DNA of 64,000 nucleotides, taken from the NCBI GenBank assembly GCA_965212115.1, contig CBDBUR010000002.1, forward strand, positions 1,025,948 to 1,089,947. The letters run 5' to 3'. Positions 35,173 to 43,978 of this stretch are shown one piece after another (the stretch's first letter is position 1; every line of letters begins with the position of its first letter). The notes beneath the pieces were generated by a model. That model had not been told where the DNA came from. It was given only the letters and a program-made list of their open reading frames with translations, and searched no databases. A program made the translations under genes and the position numbers. The DNA comes from Alphaproteobacteria bacterium. Its GTDB lineage: Bacteria > Pseudomonadota > Alphaproteobacteria > JAPOUT01 > G958296285.

Positions 35173-36087
35173 TTATGGTTTCGTTGATTTGACGAAGTTG
35201 ATAATTGTTTGCGCGAATTCAGGGCCGCAATCTTCTTGGAGGAAATGTCCGCCGCCTTTTGTTGTGGTATGAGGCTGACCCTGCGCGCCCGCGATGCGTT
35301 TTTGCAGAATGATCTCGCCGCCCTTTGAGACCGGGTCTTGATCACTGAAGGCGGTTAAGAAAGGCCTGTCCCATTTTTCGAGGATTTTCCACGCTTCGAT
35401 ATTTTCTTTGGCCTGATCGTGTTCTGGTGTGATCGGCACGAAAGTCGGGAAGCAACGCGCGCAAGATTTATAACTTTCATCAGGGAAGGGAGCATCATAG
35501 GCGGCGACTTCTTCATCGCTCAATCCTTTTTGTGTGCCGCCTTTGACGATCTGACCGACCGGAAAGTTCGGCACGCTCTGGCTAAATTCGAGCCATTGTT
35601 TGAACGCCTCTGGTGCGCCGCCCTCGCCGGTGGGCAGGCCGGTATTGGCCGCGATAACGCGCGCAAAGCGATCTGGAAAGATCGTGACCAATCTTAATCC
35701 GATCAGGCCGCCCCAATCCTGACAGACGAGCGTCAGATTTCGTCCGTCGATTTTTTCGATCCAAGCTGACATCCAATCGAGGTGGCGCTTATAGCTGTAG
35801 TCGGTTTTTTCGGCCGGCTTGTCAGAGCGGCCAAACCCCACAAGATCAGGCGCAAGCACACGAAAACCCTCAGCGACAAAGGGGGGGATCATCTTGCGGT
35901 AGAGATAGCTCCATGAGGGCTCGCCATGTAGGCATACAATCACTTCATCGGCGTCGGCCGGGCCTTCGTCGATATAGTGAACGCGCAACTCTTCGTCCTC
36001 ACCGGACGGGACGTTGCAGTAATGGGGGGCGAAATTGTAGCCGGGCAGATTTTCAAAGCGACTGTCGTCGGTGCGTAAAATTTTCAT
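35173..36087 (-). CDS. Haloalkane dehalogenase (HLD-I, DhlA-like alpha/beta-hydrolase)
   Basis: 304 aa. It has the oxyanion-hole 'HGEPSWSYLYR' and the nucleophile elbow 'VCQDWGGLIGL'; DhlA has 'VVQDWGG'. A cap domain and a C-terminal 'GGGHFLQED' holding the catalytic His are also present. Confidence 0.75.
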   Translation of the reverse strand: MKILRTDDSRFENLPGYNFAPHYCNVPSGEDEELRVHYIDEGPADADEVIVCLHGEPSWSYLYRKMIPPFVAEGFRVLAPDLVGFGRSDKPAEKTDYSYKRHLDWMSAWIEKIDGRNLTLVCQDWGGLIGLRLVTIFPDRFARVIAANTGLPTGEGGAPEAFKQWLEFSQSVPNFPVGQIVKGGTQKGLSDEEVAAYDAPFPDESYKSCARCFPTFVPITPEHDQAKENIEAWKILEKWDRPFLTAFSDQDPVSKGGEIILQKRIAGAQGQPHTTTKGGGHFLQEDCGPEFAQTIINFVKSTKP

Positions 36088-36149
36088 TATGATCCTCCCT
36101 GAAAATTATTTGTGATATTATCATAGCAACACCTGGCCCCCAAACAAAT

Positions 36150-36737
36150 ATGGAGAATGATATGTCTCAGCAAAGCGCGGATTTTGGCTCTTTTGAACAG
36201 AGCACACAGGAAGATTGGGCGATCATCAATCGCGAGTCGAAGAGATTTCAAGCGGGTTTAGCACGGCGCGTGATTGACCATCTGAAATTATTGGGCGGCG
36301 ATTATGGCGGTTTTCCGGTCGACCGACTTGAGCATTCGCTGCAGACCGCAACGCGCGCGCATCAGGATGGCCGCGATGAAGAATATGTCGTTTGCGCGCT
36401 GCTGCATGATATTGGCGACACGCTTGGCTGTTATAATCATCCTGATATTGCGGCGGCGATTCTTCAGCCTTTTGTCAGCGAGGAGAATCATTGGCTTGTT
36501 GCCAAGCACGGCATTTTTCAGGGTTATTATTTTTTTCATCATCTCGGGCTCGACCGCGATATGCGCGAGCAGTTTCGCGGCCATCAATGGTTTGAGGCCA
36601 CCGCGACGTTTTGCGAAAAATATGACCAGCCTGCTTTTGACAAGAGTTTCACCTCGATGCCGCTCGACGCCTTTGTGCCGATGGTCGAGCGCGTGTTTGA
36701 GCAGCCGCAGCGGAGCATCTATCGCCGCGCAAAATAG
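36150..36737 (+). CDS. HD-domain metal-dependent phosphohydrolase/oxygenase-family protein
   Basis: 195 aa with an H...HD metal-binding pattern ('LEHSLQTA...ALLHDIGDTLG') and a further His cluster ('HHLGLD'). Its length and motif spacing recall the short HD proteins of the PhnZ/MIOX-like subgroup, but I make no firm assignment. Confidence 0.6.
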   Translation: MENDMSQQSADFGSFEQSTQEDWAIINRESKRFQAGLARRVIDHLKLLGGDYGGFPVDRLEHSLQTATRAHQDGRDEEYVVCALLHDIGDTLGCYNHPDIAAAILQPFVSEENHWLVAKHGIFQGYYFFHHLGLDRDMREQFRGHQWFEATATFCEKYDQPAFDKSFTSMPLDAFVPMVERVFEQPQRSIYRRAK

Positions 36738-36775
36738 AAATTCACAAAAGAAATTCACAAAGGAGAAGAGAGATC

Positions 36776-37174
36776 ATGACAAAAGGCGGTGTTATTATTC
36801 CGATCTTGCGCTATGCCGATGCGCCCGCAGCGATCGAATGGCTGTGCGAGGCTTTTGGCTTTAAGCAGCATCTTGTTGTCGCAGATGACAAAGATCAGAA
36901 AATCATTCATCACGCGCAGCTTGTCTATGGCAACGGAATGATTATGTTGAGCTCGGCGAACATTAGCGACTTTGATCGGTTTCTTGATAAAAACCACAAG
37001 CAGAACCTCTATATGATCGTCGCGAACGCCGATGAGCATTACGCTCAGGCCAAAGGCGCGCGCGCCGAGATTTTACGCGATATCGTCGATCAAGATTATG
37101 GCGGACGCGGTTATACCTGCCGCGATCTCGAGGGAAATGTTTGGAGCTTCGGCGATTATGATTCATGGGCGTAG
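36776..37174 (+). CDS. VOC-family protein (glyoxalase/bleomycin-resistance fold)
   Basis: 132 aa with duplicated beta-alpha-beta-beta-beta modules and conserved metal-ligand positions ('HHAQL', 'E...D'). A strong RBS is present. Confidence 0.7.
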   Translation: MTKGGVIIPILRYADAPAAIEWLCEAFGFKQHLVVADDKDQKIIHHAQLVYGNGMIMLSSANISDFDRFLDKNHKQNLYMIVANADEHYAQAKGARAEILRDIVDQDYGGRGYTCRDLEGNVWSFGDYDSWA

Positions 37175-37668
37175 TTGTTTGCAGCTTTGCGCCTGTTGTC
37201 GCGACGCGGCCACATTTGCTCATTTTAGGCTCGATGCCCGGCGAAGAATCGCTTAAGCAGAGCCGCTATTATGCTCATCCGCGCAATGCGTTTTGGCCGA
37301 TCATGGCGCGGCTCGCCGGTTTTGCGCCGGAGCTTGATTATCCAAAACGGCTTCGAGCTTTAGGTCGCGCGCGCATCGCACTTTGGGATGTGTTGCAACA
37401 TTGTGAGCGCGTCGGCTCACTCGATCAGAACATTAAAAACGAGACGCCCAACGACATCGCCGATTTTTTGGAGCGTCATCGATCGATTGACGCGGTGTTT
37501 TTGAATGGCGGCAGAGCGGCGGCGAGTTTTCGACGTCATATTTTTGATCATCTGCCGCGCCGCTTGTTGGTTTGTGATTTGCCCTCGACGAGTCCGGCTC
37601 ATGCGCGCCTCAGCAGGGAAGATAAGTTCCGCATTTGGCGCAAGGCATGGAATAAAGCTCATAAATAA
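37165..37668 (+). CDS. UDG-superfamily DNA glycosylase (hypoxanthine/deoxyinosine-DNA glycosylase-like)
   Basis: 167 aa with 'LLILGSMPGEESL...YYAHPRNAFW' near the N-terminus and 'LPSTSPA' near the C-terminus. This pattern resembles UDG family 6 (hypoxanthine/deoxyinosine glycosylase). Confidence 0.55.
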   Translation: MGVVVCSFAPVVATRPHLLILGSMPGEESLKQSRYYAHPRNAFWPIMARLAGFAPELDYPKRLRALGRARIALWDVLQHCERVGSLDQNIKNETPNDIADFLERHRSIDAVFLNGGRAAASFRRHIFDHLPRRLLVCDLPSTSPAHARLSREDKFRIWRKAWNKAHK

Positions 37669-37671
37669 GGT

Positions 37672-38472
37672 TTAGCGCCCGGTAAATTTTGCCGGACGTT
37701 TTTCGATGAAAGACTTGACGCCTTCGGAGAAATCCTCTGATGTTTGTGCGAGCGCAAAGCCATCCATATCGGCGCGGCTCGCTAGAGGTGCGAGCGCAAG
37801 TGCTGCGGCATTGATATCCTGCTTGGTCATGCGGACAGAGTTGGGCGGCAGCGAGGCCGCGCGCGCCGCGATGTCGAGCGCGCGGGCGAGGGTCTTTCCG
37901 GCGGGGGTGATTTCGTCGATCAATCCGTAATGATGGGCTTGGTCGGCGTTCCATTTTTCACACAAAGTGATGAGCTTTTTTGCTTTGGCCGGCCCGACCA
38001 AAGCGACGATGCGCGGGATTGATCCCCAGCTCATATTCATGCCGCGTTCGACTTCGGGGATATAGAATTTCGCCTGCGCGCTTGCGATGCGCAGATCGCA
38101 CGCCGCCGCGAGCGCCACGCCGCCGCCGACCGTCCAGCCTTCGATGGCGGCGATTGTCAACATATCGAGTCTTTCCCAAGCGGCGCATAATCTTGGGCCT
38201 AGTTTCAAAGCTTGGCGTCGCGCTGCGAGGCCGTGCGCTCTTTGCTCGCTGCCCTGCGCTTCCTTGAGATCAGCGCCGAGCGTGAACACATCGGCGCGGC
38301 CTGTGAGGACGATCGCCGCGAGGGCGGGGTCATCTTCGAGTGTTATGGCGGCTTCCATGAGCTCTTTCATCAAGGGGCGTGAGAGGGCGTTGGCCGTGTT
38401 GCCGCGGTCGAAGCTGACGATCGCCACGCGGCCTTGATATTGATCTAGCCGTTTGATCGCAACAAAGCTCAT
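37672..38472 (-). CDS. Enoyl-CoA hydratase/isomerase (crotonase fold)
   Basis: 266 aa. Oxyanion-hole segments 'AIVLTGRADVFTLGADL' and 'IAAIEGWTVGGGVALAAACD' are present. Confidence 0.8.
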   Translation of the reverse strand: MSFVAIKRLDQYQGRVAIVSFDRGNTANALSRPLMKELMEAAITLEDDPALAAIVLTGRADVFTLGADLKEAQGSEQRAHGLAARRQALKLGPRLCAAWERLDMLTIAAIEGWTVGGGVALAAACDLRIASAQAKFYIPEVERGMNMSWGSIPRIVALVGPAKAKKLITLCEKWNADQAHHYGLIDEITPAGKTLARALDIAARAASLPPNSVRMTKQDINAAALALAPLASRADMDGFALAQTSEDFSEGVKSFIEKRPAKFTGR

Positions 38473-38486
38473 AAGAACATTGCGCT

Positions 38487-40010
38487 TTATTGCGCGGCGA
38501 CTTTGTGGCCGATTGCGACGCGATCGCTATCGACTTCATCGCGCGCACGGCAGGTGAATTCGTTAAAGTTGGGGCGGCGAGTTTTCCACCAATAGTAGAA
38601 AGTGTGGTTGGCCCAATTATTTGTGACTTTGCCGTCGGCGGTTTTATACCAGCTTGTGCAGCCGGTCGCGAAGACAGAGTTAGCGTTATCGGCTTGCACT
38701 TTTTTATTGGATGTTTTCTGCACATCGGCCTTGACATCGATATAGAGAATATCGTCTTTGCGGATTTTCTCGACGCATTGGGTGATGTAATTGGCTTGAC
38801 ATTCGATCATGAAGATAATCGAATTATGTCCGAGGTTGGTGTTGGGGCCATAGAGCATGAAGAAGTTGGGGAAGCCGCTCACGGTGATTCCGTGATGCGC
38901 GAAGGCGCCATTGGCCCAAATATCTTTTAAAGCGCGATTAGCGACGCCGGTCATTTTCATCGGCCCGAGAAAGTGGGTTGTATCAAAGCCTGTGCTATAG
39001 ATCAGGGCGTCGAGTTCGACGTCGCGGCCATCCTGCGTTTGGACGCTTTTTTCTGAAACTTGCGCAATCGGCGAGGTGATGATTTCGACATTATCCTTCC
39101 CGACGGTCGGCCACCAATCATTGGCGAACAGGATGCGCTTGCAGCCGGGTTCATAATCGGGGGTTAATTTTTGGCGTTTTTGCGGATCTTGGACATGGCA
39201 TTCCATTTCCTTATTGGCCATCTCTTTGAGTTTTTCGCCCTGTTTGTGGAAGGCGATCCATAAGAGTTCGCCCTGCCAGTAGATTTTCCAGCGCTGGAAG
39301 TTCATCGCCCAGGGAGCGATGCGATAGAGGAATTTTTCGATGCCCAGAAAATTGCGCTGAGGCCGTTCGACCACCCAGCTCGCTGAACGTTGGAAAATGC
39401 GGATATTGCCGCCCTCGCCGATCTGTTTGGCGATCTCCGGCACGAATTGGATCGCGCTGGCGCCATTGCCGATCACGCCGACCTGTTTGCCTTTGAGATC
39501 AACATTATGATCCCATTGCGCGCTATGCCATGAAGGACCTTTGAACAATCTCTGCCCTTGAATGTCGGGCCAGCGCGCGTGATGAAGCTGTCCGGACCCG
39601 GCGATAAATATGTTGGCTGTTGTTTTGCGTTCACCGCTGAATGTGAGTTCCCAAAAACCGCGGGCTTCACTGAAGTGAGCGTCGGTGAGCTCATGGCCAA
39701 ACTTGATATGGCGTCGGAGATCATATTTGTCGGCGACATGATCGAGATAGGTTTTGATCTCATCGGCGGCGACGAATTTTTTTGTCCAGCTGGGCAGCAT
39801 TTCAAACGAATATTGATACATATGCATAGGCACATCGCATGAGCAGCCAGGATAGGTGTTTTCGCGCCATGTGCCGCCGATGTCGTCGGTTTTTTCGTAG
39901 ATCGTGATATCGTCGAATCCGGCGCGTTTGAGCTTGATCGCCATGCACAGACCCGCGACGCCCGCGCCGAGAATGGCAATCTTGAGAGGGTTATCTGTCG
40001 CTGATTTCAT
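38487..40010 (-). CDS. Type I Baeyer-Villiger monooxygenase (FAD/NADPH-dependent)
   Basis: FAD Rossmann 'GAGVAGL', NADPH Rossmann 'GVIGNGASAIQ' and the BVMO fingerprint FxGxxxHxxxW[P/D] at 'FKGPSWHSAQWD'. The likely start is an internal Met ('MKSATDNPLKIAIL'); the track ORF extends to 40046. Confidence 0.8.
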   Translation of the reverse strand: MKSATDNPLKIAILGAGVAGLCMAIKLKRAGFDDITIYEKTDDIGGTWRENTYPGCSCDVPMHMYQYSFEMLPSWTKKFVAADEIKTYLDHVADKYDLRRHIKFGHELTDAHFSEARGFWELTFSGERKTTANIFIAGSGQLHHARWPDIQGQRLFKGPSWHSAQWDHNVDLKGKQVGVIGNGASAIQFVPEIAKQIGEGGNIRIFQRSASWVVERPQRNFLGIEKFLYRIAPWAMNFQRWKIYWQGELLWIAFHKQGEKLKEMANKEMECHVQDPQKRQKLTPDYEPGCKRILFANDWWPTVGKDNVEIITSPIAQVSEKSVQTQDGRDVELDALIYSTGFDTTHFLGPMKMTGVANRALKDIWANGAFAHHGITVSGFPNFFMLYGPNTNLGHNSIIFMIECQANYITQCVEKIRKDDILYIDVKADVQKTSNKKVQADNANSVFATGCTSWYKTADGKVTNNWANHTFYYWWKTRRPNFNEFTCRARDEVDSDRVAIGHKVAAQ

Positions 40011-40104
40011 AATGAGCCATTTTACCCGATTATTTCTTTGCATCATAGATTTTGTGGGATTTTATAGAGCTTTGGAATGGTCTATAATTAGGGTTTGTTG
40101 ATCC

Positions 40105-41268
40105 ATGGGGGGCTTGATGAGCACAGATTTTCCAGAAATTCGCGAGTCGATCCAGCGTTTATGCCTGAAATTTACCGGCAATTATTGGCGGCGGCTTGAT
40201 CGTGAGCGCGCTTATCCGAAGGATTTTGTCGATGCGCTGACGCGAGAGGGTTTTTTGAGTGTTTTGATCCCCGAAAGCTATGGTGGCGCGGGGCTGGGTG
40301 TTGCGGCGGCGGCGGCGATTTTGGAGGAGATCCACCACGCCGGATGTAATGGCGCGGCGTGTCATGCGCAGATGTATGTGATGGGGACTTTGCTGCGTCA
40401 TGGCTCGGCGGCGCAGAAGGAGGCCTATTTGCCGCAGATTGCGTCGGGTGCTTTGCGGCTGCAGGCTTTTGGCGTCACCGAGCCGAACAGCGGCACGGAT
40501 ACAACGCGCATCGAGACTTTCGCGCGGCGCGACGGCGGCCATTATATCGTCAGCGGCCAGAAGATTTGGATCTCGCGCGCGGAGTATTCTGATCTGATGG
40601 TGCTGCTTGTGCGCACGACGCCGCGCGCGGCGTCGTCGAAGTCGAGCGACGGCATGAGCGTTTTGCTTGTTGATATCAATAAGGCGCGGGGTCATGGTTT
40701 GACGATCAAGCCGGTGCGCACGATGATCAATCATGCGACCACCGAGCTTTTTTTTGACGAGCTCAAAGTGCCGGTGGAGAATCGGATTGGTGAAGAGGGA
40801 CAGGGCTTTCGTTATATTTTGGACGGCATGAATGCCGAGCGCATTCTGATTGCGAGCGAATGTATTGGCGACGGCAAGTTTTTTATTGATCGCGCTTCGG
40901 CCTATGCGAAGGAGCGCTCGGTTTTTGGCCGCGCGATTGGAGAGAATCAAGGTGTGCAATTTCCATTGGCGCGCTCTTATGTTCAGCTTTCGGCAGCGCG
41001 CCTGATGGTCGCGGAGGCGGCGAAATTGTTTGACGACAATCTTCCGTGTGGCGCGCAGGCCAATATGGCGAAGATGCTTGCCTCGGAGGCGTCGTGGGCG
41101 GCAGCGGATATGTGTTTGCAAATTCACGGCGGGTTTGGCTTCGCCGAAGAATATGACATTGAGCGCAAGTTTCGTGAGACGCGGCTTTATCAAATTGCGC
41201 CGATCTCGACCAATTTAATTTTATCTCATGTGGCGACTCATATTTTGGGTCTGCCGAAATCTTTTTGA
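40105..41268 (+). CDS. Acyl-CoA dehydrogenase
   Basis: 387 aa with the ACAD N-terminal, middle and C-terminal domains and a catalytic-base region ('IHGGFGFAEEYDIERKFRETRLYQI'). Confidence 0.85.
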   Translation: MGGLMSTDFPEIRESIQRLCLKFTGNYWRRLDRERAYPKDFVDALTREGFLSVLIPESYGGAGLGVAAAAAILEEIHHAGCNGAACHAQMYVMGTLLRHGSAAQKEAYLPQIASGALRLQAFGVTEPNSGTDTTRIETFARRDGGHYIVSGQKIWISRAEYSDLMVLLVRTTPRAASSKSSDGMSVLLVDINKARGHGLTIKPVRTMINHATTELFFDELKVPVENRIGEEGQGFRYILDGMNAERILIASECIGDGKFFIDRASAYAKERSVFGRAIGENQGVQFPLARSYVQLSAARLMVAEAAKLFDDNLPCGAQANMAKMLASEASWAAADMCLQIHGGFGFAEEYDIERKFRETRLYQIAPISTNLILSHVATHILGLPKSF

Positions 41269-42119
41269 CCGTGTTAGAAGATCTGCAAAATTGGGTGGGG
41301 CGCACACAGACCCAAAGTGATCGCTGTGATCGCGCGCGCATCGATAGGCTCGCCGCCCTGATTGATGACGAGCCGGTCTGGCGCGCGGGGGTTTTGCCTT
41401 ATTTGGCGCATTGGATTCACTTTTTGCCGATCGCGCGACAGGCGGCATTAGGTCCTGACGGCCACGCCAAGCGCGGCGGCTTTATCCCGCCGGTGGCTTT
41501 GCCGCGTCGCATGTGGGCAGGATCGGACGTGATTTTTCACGAAGATATCCGATTAAATCAGACGATCACGAAGCGCTCGGAGATTTTAAGCGTTGAGCCG
41601 AAAACAAGCCGCACAAGCCACAGAGGCGAAGAACTTATCTTTGTCAAGATCAGGCATGAGATGACGGGTGCGCAAAATGGGCGCATTGAGGAAGATCAGC
41701 ATATCGTCTATCGCGCAGCGCCTTCGAGCAAGGCCGCAAATGAGTCCGCGCCGCCGCGGCATAAAAAAGATCAAGAGATAGAATTTAGCCGCGCGGTCAA
41801 TTTTGATCCGGTTCTGCTTTTTCGCTTTTCGGCGCTGATGTTCAACGCACATCGGATTCACTATGATCGTGACTATGCGCGCCAAGAGGGTTATCCCGGT
41901 CTTGTTGTGCACGGGCCTTTGGTGGCGATGTGGCTGTTGATTCATTTTTTGCGCCACCATCCGAATATAAATATCCGGCGGTTTAGTTTTCGCGCGCGGC
42001 GGCCTTTATTTGATATATCCTCGCCCGCGCTTTTATGCAGCGCGCCGGATAATGAATTATGGGCGCAGGACAAAGGCGGCAATGTCGTGATGACCGCAAG
42101 TGTGGAGATGGCGCCATGA
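41265..42119 (+). CDS. MaoC-like (hotdog-fold) acyl-CoA hydratase/dehydratase
   Basis: 284 aa. The C-terminal hotdog carries the MaoC hydratase motif ('RIHYDRDYARQEGYPGLVVHGPL'). The N-terminal half is MaoC_dehydrat_N-like. The ATG overlaps the ACAD stop (ATGA). Confidence 0.7.
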   Translation: MTVLEDLQNWVGRTQTQSDRCDRARIDRLAALIDDEPVWRAGVLPYLAHWIHFLPIARQAALGPDGHAKRGGFIPPVALPRRMWAGSDVIFHEDIRLNQTITKRSEILSVEPKTSRTSHRGEELIFVKIRHEMTGAQNGRIEEDQHIVYRAAPSSKAANESAPPRHKKDQEIEFSRAVNFDPVLLFRFSALMFNAHRIHYDRDYARQEGYPGLVVHGPLVAMWLLIHFLRHHPNINIRRFSFRARRPLFDISSPALLCSAPDNELWAQDKGGNVVMTASVEMAP

Positions 42120-42937
42120 GTTATTTGTTATGGCGCTCTTTATTGTTTGTTCCGGCTGATCGGGTTGATCTGCTTGAAAAAGCGCCGCGCTGTGATCCGG
42201 ATGCGGTCATTCTTGATCTGGAGGATGGCGTGGCGGCGGCGCATAAGCAGGCGGCGCTTGATGTGCTCGCGGAGAAAATTTCTTTTTTGCGCGCGCAGGA
42301 CATTCCGGCTCTGGTGCGCATTGATCGGGCTTTCGCGCAAAAAGATTTTGATAAAATCGCCGCCGCGCAGCCGATGGCGCTGATATTGCCGAAAATCAAA
42401 CAGGTCGCAGAGATTTCTCGGCTCAGCGCGCAGATCGGCTCATCAATGGATTTGGTGGTGTTGGTTGAACATCCGCGCCTGCTGGACAATCTTTTTGAGC
42501 TTGCCGCTATGCGCTCTGTGGTCGCTCTGGCTTTGGGCAGCGAAGACTTTTCCCTCGCCATGAACGTTATGAACGCGCCTTCTGCCGCGCTTGATTTGCC
42601 GTGCAAGATGATCGCGCTGGCCGCGCGCGCTTATGAGATTGCCGGTTTTGGCCTGCCGATATCCGTCGGGGCGTTTGGCGATCTAGCCGCCTACCGGCGC
42701 GCCGCCGAAGCTGCGCGGACTTTTGGACTTTCGGGCGCGTTATGTATTCATCCGGCGCAAGTGGAGATCATCAACCAAGTGTTTCGCCCGACCGCTGCCG
42801 ATGTTGCTTTGGCTCATCAGATCATCAAAGCATGGGATGAGCGCGGCGGTGATGTTGCGGTCATTGCCGTCAATGGGCGGATGGTGGATCAGCCTGTTGT
42901 CGCACGGGCACGCAAAATCATCAAAAGCGAAAATTAA
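42116..42937 (+). CDS. CitE/HpcH-family acyl-CoA lyase (citryl/malyl/citramalyl-CoA lyase-like)
   Basis: The start is set at the ATG overlapping the upstream stop ('MSYLLWRSLLFVPADR...'). 'RSLLFVPADR', 'ILDLEDGVA' and a C-terminal 'CIHPAQVE' are hallmarks of the CitE beta-subunit fold. Confidence 0.75.
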   Translation: MSYLLWRSLLFVPADRVDLLEKAPRCDPDAVILDLEDGVAAAHKQAALDVLAEKISFLRAQDIPALVRIDRAFAQKDFDKIAAAQPMALILPKIKQVAEISRLSAQIGSSMDLVVLVEHPRLLDNLFELAAMRSVVALALGSEDFSLAMNVMNAPSAALDLPCKMIALAARAYEIAGFGLPISVGAFGDLAAYRRAAEAARTFGLSGALCIHPAQVEIINQVFRPTAADVALAHQIIKAWDERGGDVAVIAVNGRMVDQPVVARARKIIKSEN

Positions 42938-43965
42938 TTGGCAAACAAAATTTCGCAGCCCGTATCTTTGAGCAGCCGGTCAATGAAGATGCGGTCTTGC
43001 TGACTCAAAGCCTGATAGGCCTCGCGCAGCCAGTTAAGGCATTTGCCTTGATAGGGAAACGGCTTTTGCACCCATGTCTGGCCGTCAATCTCGGCGCGGA
43101 CTTCCTCATCGCTGTTGGCGAGGGCCTGCGCATTGGCGAGCATCACTGGCGCATAGAGCCTTCCGGCTTCGCCAAGAATGTCGCGCAGAGTGCCGCCGAG
43201 CGCGTCGCGGGAGAGCCAGTCTTGCGGCTGCGGCTCCACGCCCGACAGATCATCGACGACATCCACCCAAGCATAGATGCGCGGCGCGCGCGCCAAAACC
43301 AGCTTCATCGGCGTCGGATCAAATTTGGCCAACTGCGTCAATTGGCCATAGGCGGCAAAATCGCAGGCCGCAGGCCGCGCGCCTAATAAAAAACTATGAT
43401 GCTCCAAATGGCGCTTCATCACATCAAGGTAGCGCTCAAAGCCGCTTTCAATGATCGGCGCGGTGGTCTCGTTGGAGCCGACGACATAAAGCCGCGAGAT
43501 CTGCCGCTCGGCAATGAGCGCGCTCATGGGTTTGAGCTGCTCTTCGCTGCGCGGCGCAACCGACCAGCGCGGCAAAATCGCAGCGCCGTTGGCGATGTCG
43601 TCTTTGTAATGCCAGCGATAATGAAACATCGCTTTGGTCAGCCATTCATCGGCATAATCTTCAAGCAGATCATTGATAAAGGCGAGCGCCGGATCATCGG
43701 GCGTGATTTTGCGCTGCGGGAAGGCGGCCTCAAACCGGCGGATCAGAGGCGTGGAATCGACGCAGGCTTGGAGTTGGCCATTATTGTCGGGTAGATAAAA
43801 CACTGGCAGGAGTCTGACTTTCGGCTCGGGCAGACCCAGATCATTATCCTGCGCGCCGATGAGCAGTTGATAGGCGATGCGCCGGTAGCGCAGCACCGCG
43901 AGCATTTTGCGCGTATAGGGCGAGCCGGGCGCCCCCATCAGCAGAACGGGTTCGGGGATATTCAT
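42934..43965 (-). CDS. Glutathione S-transferase-family protein (thioredoxin-like N-domain plus extended C-domain)
   Basis: 343 aa. The N-terminus 'LLMGAPGSPYTRKMLAVLRYRRIAYQL' fits the GST_N pattern with the catalytic Ser-Pro. Longer than canonical GSTs. Confidence 0.5.
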   Translation of the reverse strand: MNIPEPVLLMGAPGSPYTRKMLAVLRYRRIAYQLLIGAQDNDLGLPEPKVRLLPVFYLPDNNGQLQACVDSTPLIRRFEAAFPQRKITPDDPALAFINDLLEDYADEWLTKAMFHYRWHYKDDIANGAAILPRWSVAPRSEEQLKPMSALIAERQISRLYVVGSNETTAPIIESGFERYLDVMKRHLEHHSFLLGARPAACDFAAYGQLTQLAKFDPTPMKLVLARAPRIYAWVDVVDDLSGVEPQPQDWLSRDALGGTLRDILGEAGRLYAPVMLANAQALANSDEEVRAEIDGQTWVQKPFPYQGKCLNWLREAYQALSQQDRIFIDRLLKDTGCEILFAN

Positions 43966-43978
43966 CTACAGCAATCCT

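Noticed and set aside
35091-35345. 84-aa minus-strand ORF bridging the envC-dehalogenase spacer.
   Set aside because: It overlaps the 3' end of the dehalogenase gene in another frame and runs through the AT-rich spacer. No SD is present and the translation is low-complexity.
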